From Bigelowiella natans CCMP2755 (taxonomy: Eukaryota > Protista > Cercozoa), in contig ADNK01000012.1 of assembly GCA_000320545.1 (NCBI GenBank), positions 1 through 63,612 of the forward strand: 63,612 nucleotides of DNA, read 5' to 3'. Shown here piece after piece: positions 38,812 to 53,313 of the stretch. A program made the position numbers and the translations under genes. Every line of letters starts with the position of its first letter. Positions within the stretch are counted from its first letter, which is position 1. The notes below the pieces were generated by a model. It had not been told where the DNA came from, did no database searches, and worked only from the letters and a program-made list of their open reading frames with translations.

Positions 38812-41800
38812 CGATGATTCGAATGATGACGATGATAATGTATAAAAATTACTCCCAAATATTCAGATATATATATATATATCTATTTCTGTGACCTACA
38901 TATTTCAACAAGTTGAGAGATACGTGTTTGCGCTTGTTCGGGATGTGCCATATCATGCAGATCATAAGTCACTGAAGTGAGTATACCATTATATTGGCCT
39001 CCCCCCTCACTTGAGGATGGTTTGCCCTCGGAACTTGCTAGAGACACGCTACTGCTGCTGCTATCAGTGCTCACCCCCCCCTCACCCCCCCTGAGTCTGC
39101 TACGATGCTTAGTTGCGACAAGGAGCATGTCACGATGATATGCCATATAAAGGAGGTGGTCGCACCTCTCATCCTGCGCGAAAGCATAAACATGTGTATA
39201 ATATATGTATGTGTACAATGCGTGTGTGATTGTGTGATTGTGTGTATGTTTGTTTGTGTGCAGATGCAAAAAAACAGCAACTACTACCTGATGGAAAGCC
39301 ATCGATGCAGGCGTCCACACCACCGACATTCCCACCTGCAGCAGCAGCAGCAGTAATAATAATAACAATTTTAGATGTGGTAGAAGAAGTATTGTCCACC
39401 ACCATCATCATCATCATCATCATTCTCATCATTAGCAGTAGTATTAGTGGTAGTAGCTTAAGGAATAAGTCATGATAAAACAATGATCACATACCTGAAG
39501 AAGTGCGTTCGCTAGGAGGATTGTGACAGCAAACCTAGCCACCTCCTCATCCACATCCCTAAGCAACTGCGCAAACCTATAGTCGAGAACGGGGGGGCGG
39601 GGATCATCGAAGTACCACTAAACCATCACACTTTGGTTGTGTCATTTCTTCTTGGCAGAAAATATAGCCTTTTGCTCAACTACTTCCCAAGAAGAAGACA
39701 TATCGTTCTCTAACATATAAATACACCTCAATACACCTATATCTGCTGTCTTAACAACTATTGCTACAACTGCTGCTGCTACGAGTACTGGTACTGGTAC
39801 TACCAAGAATAGGCTGGCAGGGCTGAGAATCCCTTCGATGTAGCAGCTTTCTCCGCTGCCTTTAGTTGGATGGATGACATTGAATAAATGATAATCATAA
39901 AAATCAGTGCATGATTTACAGTAACAATTCGTGTGTTTCTTGTTTAAAAAAAGTCTTACCTCATCCATGGCGACGATGATCGTTTGCACACGCGGTTTCG
40001 CACCGTCAGGTAAGACGCCTCTCCAGTCCCTGAAAGCACATTCCCACCACCAACATCATCGTCATCATTATTGTTATCGTCCTCGTCTCTGTTATCATTT
40101 AACAGCGAACAGGATCATCGGCGACAGAAGTGAGTTTCTAAGGACAAATATAAGAATAATAATAGGATGGCGTGTATGACAGTGACTATAGCGAGTCGAT
40201 GCGTATGAAGCACACACACACGCACGCGCGCACACACGAAGATGTTTCCGCATAATTCATCATTCACTTATCCATACACAGCAGTAGTCACGACACAACC
40301 GTATTGACGCCTCTTGCAAGGGAACCAAATGGATGAATTGCTGAAGGAACGCTCCTTCTCCCTCGTCACGACCTCCATTTGGTGCTACTTTCCCATAGTA
40401 TGGGCGAAGAAGGCCTTCCCCACCGTCCCCACGGCTTTTAAAGTACGAACTAGCCTGTTGTTGAAGGGCTCATTATCAAGCACTACTTTTGTAGCTGTGT
40501 ATCTGCTGGATACGCCGATGATATCAACTCCTCACCCCCCCCCCCCCCCCCCTTACCAAAGCAGAAAACTCCGTCTAAATCAACCGGTTTCCCATCAGGA
40601 AAAGGAATGTCACTAATCCTTCGCAAGGAGCAGCAAAGAGATCCCCGCCGTCTTATTGTTCATTTTTGAGTGAGAAATCGCTGCCATCATCTCACTCCTC
40701 TTGTTATTGACTACTCTATCATTGACGAAATATTGCTTCTTGCGCTATCATCAGTTCTCCTCTGCGATGCTACTTACCGATGCAATCGATGAGAATAGTG
40801 CACTGTTCCTCGCGCAGCTGCTGCATGATTGGTCGTTCTTACAAGGATGAAAACTCCATCCCTAGATATAAGAAAACGACGAGCATTAGGGAAACGGGCG
40901 GACTCCATCACATATGATACATACAGGAGTCATGTCGTGTGCCAAGAAACACATTCGTGCACGTTGACCCACATCAACCTTCCACTCGTTGGTGGGGCGA
41001 GTGCATCGCAAGAACCTTTACTTGTGAAACTACATGGCTAATGCCCGACCTGGAGGACTATTTTTTGTGTCCTATCACAAAAGTTCAGCTCCCTCAGGGT
41101 GAGGGGGCTTGGAGGGAACCCTAATATTAAAAGAAAGAAAATGTCTATGTTGGAGGAGGGGGAGGAGGAGGAGGAGGAGGAGGATAATGGGACTAGTTAT
41201 GATGTCACTATGGCCTTTGTCAGTCTATACATATGTACGCGAAACATGCATAATAGGCAACCGTCCTCATCACACACGAATTGTGAAGGGGTATCGTTGT
41301 CGCCCTGATGAATGGTCATTCCTAGTACTTACCAACGTCTTTCAGCTCCAGCCCATCATCAAGCACCCCGCTCCCAATGTTCGGATCTGGAACGGACCAT
41401 CTACCCCGCCCTACTTCCTTCCCCCTCTTATTCGCGTCGTTGTTATTGTTATCCACATGGGAGCTGCTCTGCTCAGACATCGATGATCCCTTCCTTCGCT
41501 CATTACTAACGTCATTTGGATTTATGCTGCTACTGTCGCCCTCTTTCTCGCCCTCCAAATTGAACATCTCCTCGTGGATGGGAGACGTTGTGTAATGCCG
41601 CTTCTTCTTCATGCCATGGTTCAAGTCAAACGCCAGTAGCCTGTAAGTAGTCAGAATGCAAGCACAGAAGAAGAACGTTGATTTCTTCACATTTTGGGTA
41701 TTTCTTTGTTTATCGTTGGGAAGAGTGAGAAGACGCCATTGCAGCTTAATAGAACAGCCCACGAGGGAGGCGAAGAAGAATCGAGCATCACCACACACAG

Positions 41801-42122
41801 CGCAGCAAATGACAGCGCTCATCTTTCGACCATATACTCGCTTGCAGCTGCTGTGTAGAATGACATACATGAGAAATGCTACAAGTCCTGTCAGGGCCAC
41901 AAGCCAGCACCGCTGCGGCGAGTGCATGGCGTGGGGGGGGGGAGGCAGCAGGCGGTCGAAGGTCGGCCCGACGACGACCGACGACGACGACGACGACGAG
42001 GTGCTGCAGTCTCGAGATAGTGAGCGAGAGAACGACATAAATTTATGCCCAATATATCCACTTATTATTTGTTTCGGGAGAAACTCGTCTTCGCGTGAGT
42101 ATTTGGATAGAAGAATCTGCAT
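37539..42122 (-). CDS. Multi-exon hypothetical type II membrane protein
   Basis: N-terminal TM segment CWLVALTGLVAFLMYVILH, S/N-rich stem, then GT-AG-bounded exons (e.g. RDWRGVLPDGAKPRVQTIIVAMDE, FAQLLRDVDEEVARFAVTILLANALLQ, VGMSVVWTPASMAFHQ|DERCDHLLYMAYHRD, TIADALPLLVHSDSTGIFWDEFLR). Several frames and the 3' end are unresolved. Confidence 0.55.
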
Positions 42123-42289
42123 CGATGGTATTTAGCTACTGGGTTATTTGTCGTATAAAATGTTGCCCATATTATCTCACTCTCGGAGATCCGTCGCTTA
42201 CCCCTCCCTCTTGACCCTCCAAGCACCCTAGCGGCGTACAATTCGAACCTAACCAGAGAAACAGCTTGCCTGCAAACAGCCACCATTCC

Positions 42290-43299
42290 ATGCCCAAGCG
42301 CAAGGGGCAAGGCGGAGGGGGAAAGGGGAAAGCTCCAAAGGATTTTAAGAAGTATAAGGCAACATGCCACATGACGCGTGTTATCTGGTTGGTTACACGA
42401 TTCGAATCCTCCTCTCTCTCTGCTTAGGTTAAAGAGGAAGGTTGGTCGTCGCGCGCCGCTGAAGACTAATGACACTAAGACAGGATTTAAGGTGTTGGCC
42501 TTTTTAGCAATGTAGCCTTCTTTTGTGAATGCCATCAATGAGGGAGCTCGCAGAGCAGGCCTCGACGTCTGTCTTTGCGCCTTCCAAGGCCACATCCTTC
42601 ACACTCAACGGCGACTAATACAAACCATACCAACTCAGTATCGTCGGGTTAATGTGGCATCTCAAAGTATCATGGAGGAAAAGGGGGAACAGGTGCGCAA
42701 CGAACACAATACCCCCAGGGGGAGAGAGAGGGGAGAGTGCGTCATTGAAAGGGAAGGCACGGTACAGTAATATCATTGTGATTCTTTGCCAAAGGTTACG
42801 AAGCGATCGCTCAATATCAACGATCTCCTCACAAAGCTCAAGCATTATAATGCAGCTGTGAGAAAATCCGGGTGAGTGAGTCGTAGGGCATGCATCTAGC
42901 GAAGAGGCGGCAAACATGTTCCAAGTAATGATGATGCCTCTTATGAGTATTTTTATATTTTAGTTTCTCGGGGCTGCGGGAATTGCACGAAGATCATCCC
43001 GAATCTGTCATCGAGAAACTTCCGGAGGTAGTATGCAATACTTGTCCCCAAGGGTCATCAGCTCTTCTTAAAACATCTTCTTCCTCCTTCTCCTCACAAC
43101 TTCCGCACTAGGTGCTCTCCGCATTGTTTGAAGGGTTGGCAGATCCAGGGTATGGCATTATTACGACGACCTTATAATAGATAGCGAGAAGAATACGGGT
43201 TGTTCAGAAGCAAGGCTGGTGTACACAGGAAAGAGACGAGGAGACTATGTCATTAGTTATCCCCACCTCCCGGGCGCGACCGCACACACACACACACAC

Positions 43300-43341
<42 letters not shown>

Positions 43342-43342
43342 A

Positions 43343-43391
<49 letters not shown>

Positions 43392-43907
43392 CATGTGAAA
43401 TATAACTCAATACTACTCTCCGTCTTCAGAAAGTCAGCGCGGGAAGCAGCTATAGACACGCTCGATGCGGTGCTGGCCGACATCAACCTCGAACATTTTC
43501 GCTCTTCTGCAGTTCTCTGCTCCGCCTATATACGGTGAGAGGGGGGGAGGAGGTTCCAGGATAGAGCTAACGTGGAGGAATGTGTAGTATTGAGAAGCAT
43601 AAGTATTATTATATATGAGTAATATGTAAGATATTGTCTGTTCCAACGTCATGTAGCGCCGCATTGACCCATCTAAACATCGGGATTCGAATGGCGGGCA
43701 TCGAGGCTCTCCGGATGATCCTGGTTACACTCCTCCGTATCTGCTTCTCAAACCTCTTTCCTTTCGTCCATCGATAGATAGTAGAGACACGAGAAATGGC
43801 AGCAGCAGCAGCAGCATTAGCAGAGAGATAGAGAGTAATGCCACGATGTTTGATTCCTTGATGGCAGCAAGAAGAAGAACAAGAAGAAGAAGTTTGAAGT
43901 ACAAGGA

Positions 43908-43947
<40 letters not shown>

Positions 43948-44789
43948 TTACATCGATGATGATGATTTCTCATTCGTCGTCGTCTGCTCATTTGGTCGTC
44001 GTTTCTAGGACTTCTTCCCATCCTCCCTCGCCGCACAGGCTATGCTGCTCATCAACGCCTTATTGCCACTCATGTGCCCCTCGAGCGGCGGCAACGATGT
44101 AGCAACATATGCAGCTGCTGCTAAGGTCAAGAACGATACCAGCATGATGATGATGGCGAAGAAAAACAAGAAGAACAAGAAGACAAAAGGGGGAGGAGGA
44201 GGAGGAGGAGGAGGAGGAGGAGGAGGCGACCATCGACAAGGTAGTCTCACCTCTTCAACACTTATTCCCATGAATTTCCCATCCTAAAAATTTCTTTTCA
44301 TTCTCATGTCGCCGCAATCGTTACCCCCCCTCCACCCCCCTCTCTCTCTCTCTCTCTCTCAAGCAGGCGGAGGCAACAGAAGCAGCAATAGCAGCGACAT
44401 GCGCTTCGAGGCTCTTCAATGCGTGTTCGTCCTATTACAATCTTGCGGAGCATTCTCCTCCCCCCCCTCAGGCCAGCACTCCTCCTTCTCCTCCTCCTCC
44501 TCCTCCCACCAGCAAGCCAACATGAATAAGAATAATAATAACTCCGTTGGCGTGGTGGAGAGAGCATACATAGCGGCGATGTCGTCGGTCACTACGCCGA
44601 GATATATGCTTCGGTCACATTCTTCGTCCTCCTCCCCCACCACAACAATCTCCTCCTCCTCCTCCTTGCCCTCTTCATCTGCTCGAAGGGAAGATGGCGA
44701 AGATATCGACGGTGATGCTCAGAGAAAGCGAGGGAGAGAGAGAGAGCGTAGAGTGTATATGTAGTATTCATATTATATACACATGTACA

Positions 44790-44857
<68 letters not shown>

Positions 44858-45532
44858 TGTGCGTGTATTGGTCTATTTTGCATGATACACGCTTACAATT
44901 ATTGATAACAACGTGAGAAACGATAAGCAACCATCTCCCTCAGTACCAATGCCTCTCTACCCACTTCTTGCTGTCCTGTTCAGGCAATGCTCGTCATTCC
45001 TCCTCCTCCTCCTCCTCTTCGTCGTTTGTCCTGGGCGTGGCAAAGCGCTTGGAATCTGCTCTCAATGCCATGTGGACCGACGAAATGCGAGCGTTCTCTG
45101 GAGAGGACGATGGTGATAACGCTCTCCTTCAAGGGGGGAGGGGTGACGTGGGGGCACGCATCACTCGTGTTGGTGTTATCGTTGCTGTCGTCAAGCTGGC
45201 AAAGCACCAGCAGTTAAGAGCGCCTCCTACCTACCGCAATCATGCTCATCACCGGCAGTTAGGAAGATCGGAACAGTCGTCGAATAAAAAGCGGGTTAAG
45301 AAAGATTGGAAGCAGCGGCACGGAGAAGCGGTGATTTGGGAGAAGATTGTTTCGCGTATCATATCATCGTTCCCTCTTAGACCATCCATGCAAGGGGTTA
45401 AGCACGCCCAGGAGACGGTAGCATTCGTCGTTGTTTTTGTTGTTTTTGTTGTTGTAGCAATAAATGATGATGATGATGGTGATGATGGTGATGATGGACG
45501 GCACCTTATTTAAGGAGAGTTTTCGCTTGGTG

Positions 45533-45576
<44 letters not shown>

Positions 45577-46746
45577 TCGTGCTATTAACTGTCGCTCTGC
45601 TCTGTTGTGTTCTGTTGTCCATCCATCAGCGGCACATATGTGCAACTGTGAATCTCTCCATCGCAAGGTTACTTGCTTCGGTATTAGAGGAGGAGGAGGA
45701 GAAGGCACGGGAGAAGGGAAAAGGACAACGCCTACTGCTGCTGCTGCAGAACCCTTCGTCTACCTATATGAAAGGTGCTATATTTATGTGATGATAATGA
45801 TGATGGTGGTGGTGGTGGTGGTGGTGTGTACCCTCCACTACCTTTGTGAAAGAGGTGCTTCTCTTTCATCGACGTCCAAACATATCATCATTATTATTAT
45901 TATTATTATTATTATTTCGTGCGATCTTATCATCATACGATTATCGACGATGTGTGCCCCCCTCACTCTCTCATAATGCTGGACTAGTAGCAGCAGCAGC
46001 AGCAGCAGCAGCCTTTTTCAATTTTGGGTATATATCGTGGTATTGAAGTGATAATTGCTCCTCTTCCTTCATACATCTTGCCTGTTCCCCGTCATTAGAA
46101 GCAGCTGAGCGCGTATTAGATTATGTGTCCAATGGTCTACAAAAGACACTCTCCCGGAAGAGGCAGCAACTGGGGGGGGGGGCACGGAATGCTGGCGTGG
46201 CAAAGGGTATTCGTGTGCTGACGAGGCTGCTTCCTTATCTGGACAACAAAGTAGTTGTAGTTTCTCTCTGCTTTGTACGCATTCGTTTGTTTTCCCTCCA
46301 TTTGTGCATCGTTGTCGTCGTCGTCGTCTATTATCATCATCATCAGTAGAGACCATCACACGATCAATCATCCATCTATCACACCCCCCCCCCCCCCCCC
46401 CCAAAATTCATCTTCAGCGTGGCGAAAACTTCATATGCTTGTTAACGGAGCACTTCCTGTCCTCCCAGAGAGGGGGTGGCAGCAGCCGATGTAGCAGAAA
46501 CACTAAGAGCGACAGAATGGTAGTGCTGCCGGAGGACTGTGCCTTGGCCTGCATTCATCTCTTCGCTTCTCTGCTTCGGTCTCCGTCTAAAGGGTAAGTG
46601 AGCGTGTGCCAGTGATCGTGCAAAGAAGAGAGGGAGGGAGGGAGGGAGGGAGGGGTACACGTCACAGCATTAAACCGAGTCGTCCATCATTGGTATGCTC
46701 TTTGCACGATGGGAGGGAGGAGCGCAAATATACACTGACATATGAA

Positions 46747-46777
<31 letters not shown>

Positions 46778-46836
46778 ACTACACGGATGAGTAGCGTATA
46801 CTGGTTATCTGACGAGTCAAGGCCAGGCCACAAGTG

Positions 46837-46868
<32 letters not shown>

Positions 46869-48106
46869 TGTGGTTATTGTCCACCATTTTTCGTAGTATA
46901 CGTGTATAGATAACAACAAATGTGATGATGATGATGATGATGATGCACCTATCTTTATCAATCCCCCATTTATTTGTCTTATTAAACGATATCCTCCTCC
47001 TCCTCCTCCTCCTCCTCCTCCTCCTCCCTTTCTGTGTAGGCTGGCGTCTATCCCTTCCTACATTCTCTCTACACTACCAACCCATCCTGATAGGGCACTG
47101 TTTGCTGCCGAGGTAGTCAGTCGTAATAGTGTATTGTGTATGCAGAAGGGGAGGGGGAAACTTGCATCATCGATTATTTGTGTGTGCATTTATAATATAT
47201 GTCTTGTATATTCTCCCTCTTCTTCTTCTTCTTTCTTCATATTCCCTCTCCCCCCCCCACCGTCCAGACTCTCAATTTGTCCGTCCGGCAGTACTCGAAA
47301 TTGAATGAGCAGCGATGTACGATTTCTCCTCCCAGTGTTTCAAAGAGGCACCCAGCCGACAGCAAGCACGGCTTCAATGGTGATGATCAAAAGCGAAGCA
47401 AATCATCACTTGTTTTAGAGTTGCTGCCCCTGATCGAAGAGGAGGAGGAGAAGGAGGAGGAGGAGGAGGAGGAAGAGACGACGACCGAAGCGCGAAAACG
47501 GATACGCATGTTAGCCATATCTTCGCTATACTACTTGGCCCCTCTACCAGAGAAAGTAACTTAAAAGAAATGTCAGTAGCCGCAGCAGTGATGGTGGTGG
47601 TGATGGTAGCAGTCTTCGAGCCTCATACAATGGCTGCTTTCCATCCTTTTTTCTGTGTGTGTTCAGTATGGCACGCACACAACACACACACACATACGAA
47701 GATATATTATTATTCCTTTCATCCTACAGATGTATTTGTTGGCTAGCATGCTGATATAGCTGTATAATAATGCACAAAGTTTGGATCTGTCGCTGCTGCT
47801 GCTGCTGACTAGCTGATGATGATGATGTTGATGAGGATGATGATCGAGTTACGCACACAAACGTTGTTTCCTTAATTCCTCCCATCCTCGCCAATACTTC
47901 TTCTTTCCCTTCTCCTTCTCATTCTGCTTCTTCTTCTTCTTCTTCTTCTTCTTCTTCTTCCTGCAGGCCCTGAAGACACTGTGTGCATATATTCGGTGAT
48001 GAATGAATATTTAAATGATGTAACAGTAGCTGGAGGAGAAATAGCAAAGCAATTGTAGCATAGTGTGCGTAGAGGGAATTCGCCTGAATATTTATATATA
48101 TAAATT

Positions 48107-48149
<43 letters not shown>

Positions 48150-49479
48150 CCGATATTGTCTCCTGTATCACACATATCTCCTCCCCCTCCCCCCCCCCCC
48201 CGAATGATGAATGATGATAGGCGGACCAAGGATATCATCCCACTGCAGATGTTACATCAGCTACAACTGCAGCAGCAGCAGCAGCAGCCAACCGTGTGTG
48301 ATGACTACGACAAGGAAGAGATGAAGACGGAGGAGGCGGAAGAAAAGGAGAGCAAGGATGACAGCGGTGCCTCCTCTTCCTCCTCGTCCCTCCCCGTTAG
48401 CCAGTACTTGTCCTTTGCTCTTTCTTGCCTGCTTCCAGAGCCTACAAAGGAGGAGGATGAGGAGAAGGAGAGAAACACCAAAAAGAATTTTTCGAAAGGG
48501 AGGAGTAGCAGCAGCGCAGTAAGCAGTGGTGGTAGTGATAGTGCTATTGATAACGTTGAAAACACTGGAAGAGGAGGAATTAGAGGAGGCAACCACTCTC
48601 ATATCATCACATCACGATCATCTCGTCGTGATTTTGTCGCTGCTGGCTCCCGAAGTTGCCTGTTTTCGCTTGGAACGAAGTGAGTAGCGTCACAGTTGTA
48701 TCTCAGCGACGAACAACGCGCAGGATGAATGAATGAATGCAACATGATTCCCATTGCGTTCTGTACTAAGATTGTGCTGCTGTCCACGTCTTTTGTTATA
48801 ATTACTGATACTGCTGTTGTTGTTGCTGCTGCTGCTGCTGCTGCCGCAGCTACCCCGTCGCCACCATTCTGAAGCATATAGCAGGGCCTCTGGAGAGCAT
48901 TCTTCAAAGCGATCACGGTACATAACCACCTCCTGGAGAGTGTTCTTGAGATTGATATACTTAATCATCGTCATCGTCATCGTCATCGTCATTCACGCGG
49001 CAGCATTAGAAAGTCGTAGTAGCAACATCACCATCTCTCCGCGACGACGCATACATCTTAGTTCTGACGGCACGTATTATTTATCACACGCCTTTCTTTA
49101 CCAAAACGTGTACATAGCGTCCCCAAACGCAAAAGAGGCAGTACTATGGCTCCTACACGAGGGATTACTACTAGCAACAGCTGCACAGGGAGGAGGAGGA
49201 GGAGGAGGAGGAGGAGGAGGAGGAGAAGGAGGAGGACGATCAGCAAGGAATAAGCGCGCTGCTGCTGCTGCTGCTGTCGCTAGCATCTTTCCTCCTCTCC
49301 CCGAGTCGCTGACCTCACTACTTCCAGGGGCACTTGCGAGCTACCTCTTAAGGTGATGACGACGGCGTTTATGGCAGCAGCAGCAGCAGCAGCAGCAGCA
49401 CGTGTTAGTTTGTCGTGCATGATGGTGGTCGATCTCGTGCATCTCTACCGTCCATGATGAGTTGTAATACATGATGTAT

Positions 49480-49518
<39 letters not shown>

Positions 49519-49551
49519 AAGAATAACGAGTGTTCGTCGTCCCCTATCCCC

Positions 49552-49594
<43 letters not shown>

Positions 49595-49848
49595 AAACCC
49601 ACCAAAAGCGCTGGCAAGTCCAGGCAGGTGCAGGACCTTTTGCACGCTGAAGCAACCAGCATCAGTCGAAGTGGGGTTGGCAGCAGCAGCAATAGCAGCA
49701 GCGTCGCCTTCGTTCTTAGACCGATGAGGAAGGCTATCTTCCCTATATTAGACCTCTTTATGAGCTTTCCGATGGTGCAACTGGATGATAGCTTCTGCTG
49801 CCTCACAGTCGTCAGCCTGATCTCTGGTGATAGTGTTCGTCGTAGTAC

Positions 49849-49884
<36 letters not shown>

Positions 49885-50006
49885 CAGTCAATAGTGCGGT
49901 GATGATGCATACCCATAAATATGTGGGTTTTATTTTTCACGATGCACAACATTGGTGGTGCTTAATCGCGCTAATACGCTAATTGGCCAACTATTGCTAC
50001 TACTAT

Positions 50007-50039
<33 letters not shown>

Positions 50040-50541
50040 CACTTCTCCAAAACCACCATGATCACTCTCTTTTCCTTGTTCCTAACAACCGTTCAGAGGT
50101 GCAAAGCTTGTGTCAAGAGCAGCAGCAAAACAGCGAGGAGCTCCTTGGGATTGTATCTCGCTACTACTGTCCCCGTTTGCTTTCCATCATCGTCAGGGAA
50201 TACTCTGAGAGATTTCGGAGCAATTCTACGGCGTTCCAGCCCGCTATACGCGCAATAAAAGGTCTAATTGGTCGAGATCAGACGGGAGAGGGAACTGGCG
50301 ACGATGGTGATCCCTCTGCTTGTGATGGTAAAGCGGCTTCGCAATTTTGGAATGCGCGAGATTTGGATCGCTTGCGGATGGACGTACGAGGGTTGTAGGT
50401 GTTGTTAACGATAAGCTCGTCATGTCGGAGCTAGCTGCGACAATAACAACGACAATGACAAACAATACGTCAGGATTCGATCTTAGTAGCCTGCAAGCGG
50501 CGTCTCGATCGATGTCAAAAACTTTCAGCTATTGCCCATAA
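42290..50541 (+). CDS. TEX10: TEX10/Ipi1 pre-60S (rixosome) protein
   Basis: KDFKK|LKRKVGRRAPLKTNDTKTGFK|YRRVNVASQS...|VTKRSLNINDLLTKLKHYNAAVRK...SAYIR|AALTHLNIGIRMAGIEALRMIL matches the TEX10 N-terminus and Ipi1_N domain; helical-repeat exons continue to a stop at 50541. Confidence 0.85.
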
Positions 50542-50559
50542 AGTCTTACTACACTACTT

Positions 50560-50920
50560 TTTCATCTAGTTTCGTGCGCGCGTTGTAGTGCTAAGTATTC
50601 TCTATGTTACAAGATGTCGAATGTGAGATGTCTTGTACGCTGGAACTAGCAAAATAAGCATGCTAGCATGTCCACGTCACAGACACTGAGCGCGCAGCTA
50701 CACATGTGGTTAATAAGAAGTGCAAGATTTAGTAGCACCTAGCTAGCTAGGCACATGCATGATATAGCCTTTCGCAGTTTCATTGTGGCGAGGATTGCAA
50801 TACGCGACACATGCACATCATGACTATCACGAGCGATCATTCTTACTTTATCGACGAGCTGCATGAATGGGCGCGGCGGGCATACTAGTCGCGACCAAGC
50901 GTGTACGCATGATTTAGTAG
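50560..50920. other. Intergenic CTAG/CATG/TGCA-rich block
   Basis: e.g. gcacctagctagctaggcacatgcatg; lies between convergent 3' ends. Confidence 0.65.
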
Positions 50921-51081
50921 AAGAGGGACTTAAAAAATAGATTTATCGATGGCTAAAGTTTTCCAGGAAACATGCTTGCTCACCTGCCGTTCACCTGATA
51001 TTATTGGTTTACGCTACAAATCTACGTCGATAGCTTCGGTCAAAGCCATTAAGCATCTGTATTAGTGGTTCCTACGAACAA

Positions 51082-52910
51082 CTACTCATCCTTCTCGTGC
51101 GTTTCCCTCCACCATGGAATGGACGCGTGAAACGTAAGTGCGGATGTGCCTCCAAGCATCGACGCTCCCGTTTCTGATTCATCCAAGATCTTCAGCTCAC
51201 AAGCCTGTATTAGTGTACAATTAGAAGTTGGTCAGCATCAGGGTGATGGTTTGAGAAGACGCTCCAGCGACTTTCATGGAGTCTTCTTTATTCTCTCATG
51301 GCTGAAATAACGTGACGATGACGATGACGATGGTGATGGTGATGATGATAAATATGCAATTACATTTGTTTTCGTAGGTGTATGCGTACAAGATTAATGG
51401 CAATCACAAGAAATATTACTTTGCAGAAGTGGTAGAAGCAAAAGCCCATTTCTCTACTATTACTACTACTACCACTACCAATCATTTCAATCACCTGCAA
51501 CGCGATTCGTGTATGTGTTACGACAGGCACAGCCCCGCTATGCTCCGAGGTCAAGTTGCGGTACAGCGTGTCCCCCAAAATCTTCATAATGATGAGGTGG
51601 TAGTTAGGCATATCACGCATTTGCGTTCAAACGTAGAGTAGGAAGGAGGGGAGGACGTAGGAGGAGGAGAAGGGGGAGTGGGGGAGGAGAGAATGGGATC
51701 GATTTGCATGCGTGCTAGAAGCAGCTAATAATATATTTGTGTGGGATAACAAGCCTATTACCGGGGAGCCTAAATGTGCCGCCATGGAACGAATCACGTG
51801 TGTCCTTCCAGTAAACAACAGCTTTGCAACACACAAACGCACACATGCACACACACAAATAAAAACACAAATGTTAGCACAAAATACGCGCGCATGTGGT
51901 TGATGGCAGCACATACAACGAGCACTCAGGAGAATAAGAACATAGGATAAAAGCATGTATTGTTATCATAATGATGACTCCTCCTCACCACAGTTGACTC
52001 ATACGCAATCGACCCTTCCTCCCAGTCTTCAAATCCCTAGGTACGCGCAAAACAGCTCTTAATAAAGATGCAAACATGGCCTCTCACGGTGTCCAGTCGA
52101 GGAGAAAGACGAAGAAAGAAAGTCACAGTGCTATGATGCCAAAGGTAGGTAGGAAACAAGTAATTGGTTCAAGCAGCAGTATCATTATCACCGCATTCGC
52201 TTATACACAAAGCACGCCAGCATGCTACCGCAACTACATCAAGAGGACGAGATGATGCGCGTATGTGTGTGAGTTAGTGAGTGTATGTGTGTGGGTGTGT
52301 TTGTGCCTCTCCGCTGGGACGGGGGCCAAGGACGAACGCCTTTGAGGTTTCGATCTACATACCGTGTGTTGTGTTATTGTTTGTCGTTGTTGCTAGCTAG
52401 CTTCTTCATTCCTCGCTGCCTCTCCCTCTTCTTCTTCTTTTTCTTCTTCTTCTACTACTGCTGCTATTGCTACTGCTACTGCTGCCACCACACTGCTTCT
52501 GTATCCCTCCTCCTACGACGACAACGATTACATACAAAGGGGGGAGGGCTACTACTAAAGAAAATCTTATCATTACCTCTAGCTCGCAGCGTTTGGGTTG
52601 TCTCTTTCTCGGTCTGGTAGCCATTTCCGCTTTCAATCTCTTCTTCTCCTTCTTCGTCATCGTCTTCTTCTCTTCATCATCAGCAGCTTTATCACCATCA
52701 ATATCATCATCACCGCCATGCATACCACCAACCGACGACAACTGCTTCCTTTCATCATCTTCATCCATAGAAGGAGGGGAGGGAGGAGGAGGAGGCGACG
52801 ACGACATGATGTGTTGCGTGGGGCCATCCCCTCCCAGACTTGATTGCTCGTCGAGATATCCAACCTGATGTGCATGCCACCACCACCCCCATAATCACCA
52901 CCATCACCAT

Positions 52911-52941
<31 letters not shown>

Positions 52942-53271
52942 AGCAATACAGCTCACGCCTCGACTAACAAGTAGCACACTCGCATCATCATTCTCAAGAA
53001 TCTTCTATTACATGGCGGCCGACGGGTAGAGAACGTAGTGTGAGAAGCCTGTATCGCTTCTCCACCAGGGTAGTAGTGGTAGTAGTAGTAGCAGCAGCAG
53101 CAGCAGCAGTTTTTTGACTATGAGCGCCATTGGGCAGCAGGGATTTCGCCTCTTTCTCTCCCTCCTCCTTATCGTCGTTGTCATCACTCTTCTTCAGGTG
53201 TTGATGCTGCTGCATCATCAATGTATTGAAGTAGGACACGAACTCGGTGGCTGGGGAAGAATATAAACACC

Positions 53272-53313
<42 letters not shown>

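Noticed and set aside
42490-42640. Possible H/ACA snoRNA in a TEX10 intron (hairpins plus a downstream ACA)
   Set aside because: No ANANNA H box between the hairpins and pairing is weak; an Rfam/snoReport search would be needed.
51360-51620. Casein-kinase-like IIMKILGDTLY motif
   Set aside because: IIMK is intronic; ILGDTLY is the RluA GxPILGDxLY motif.
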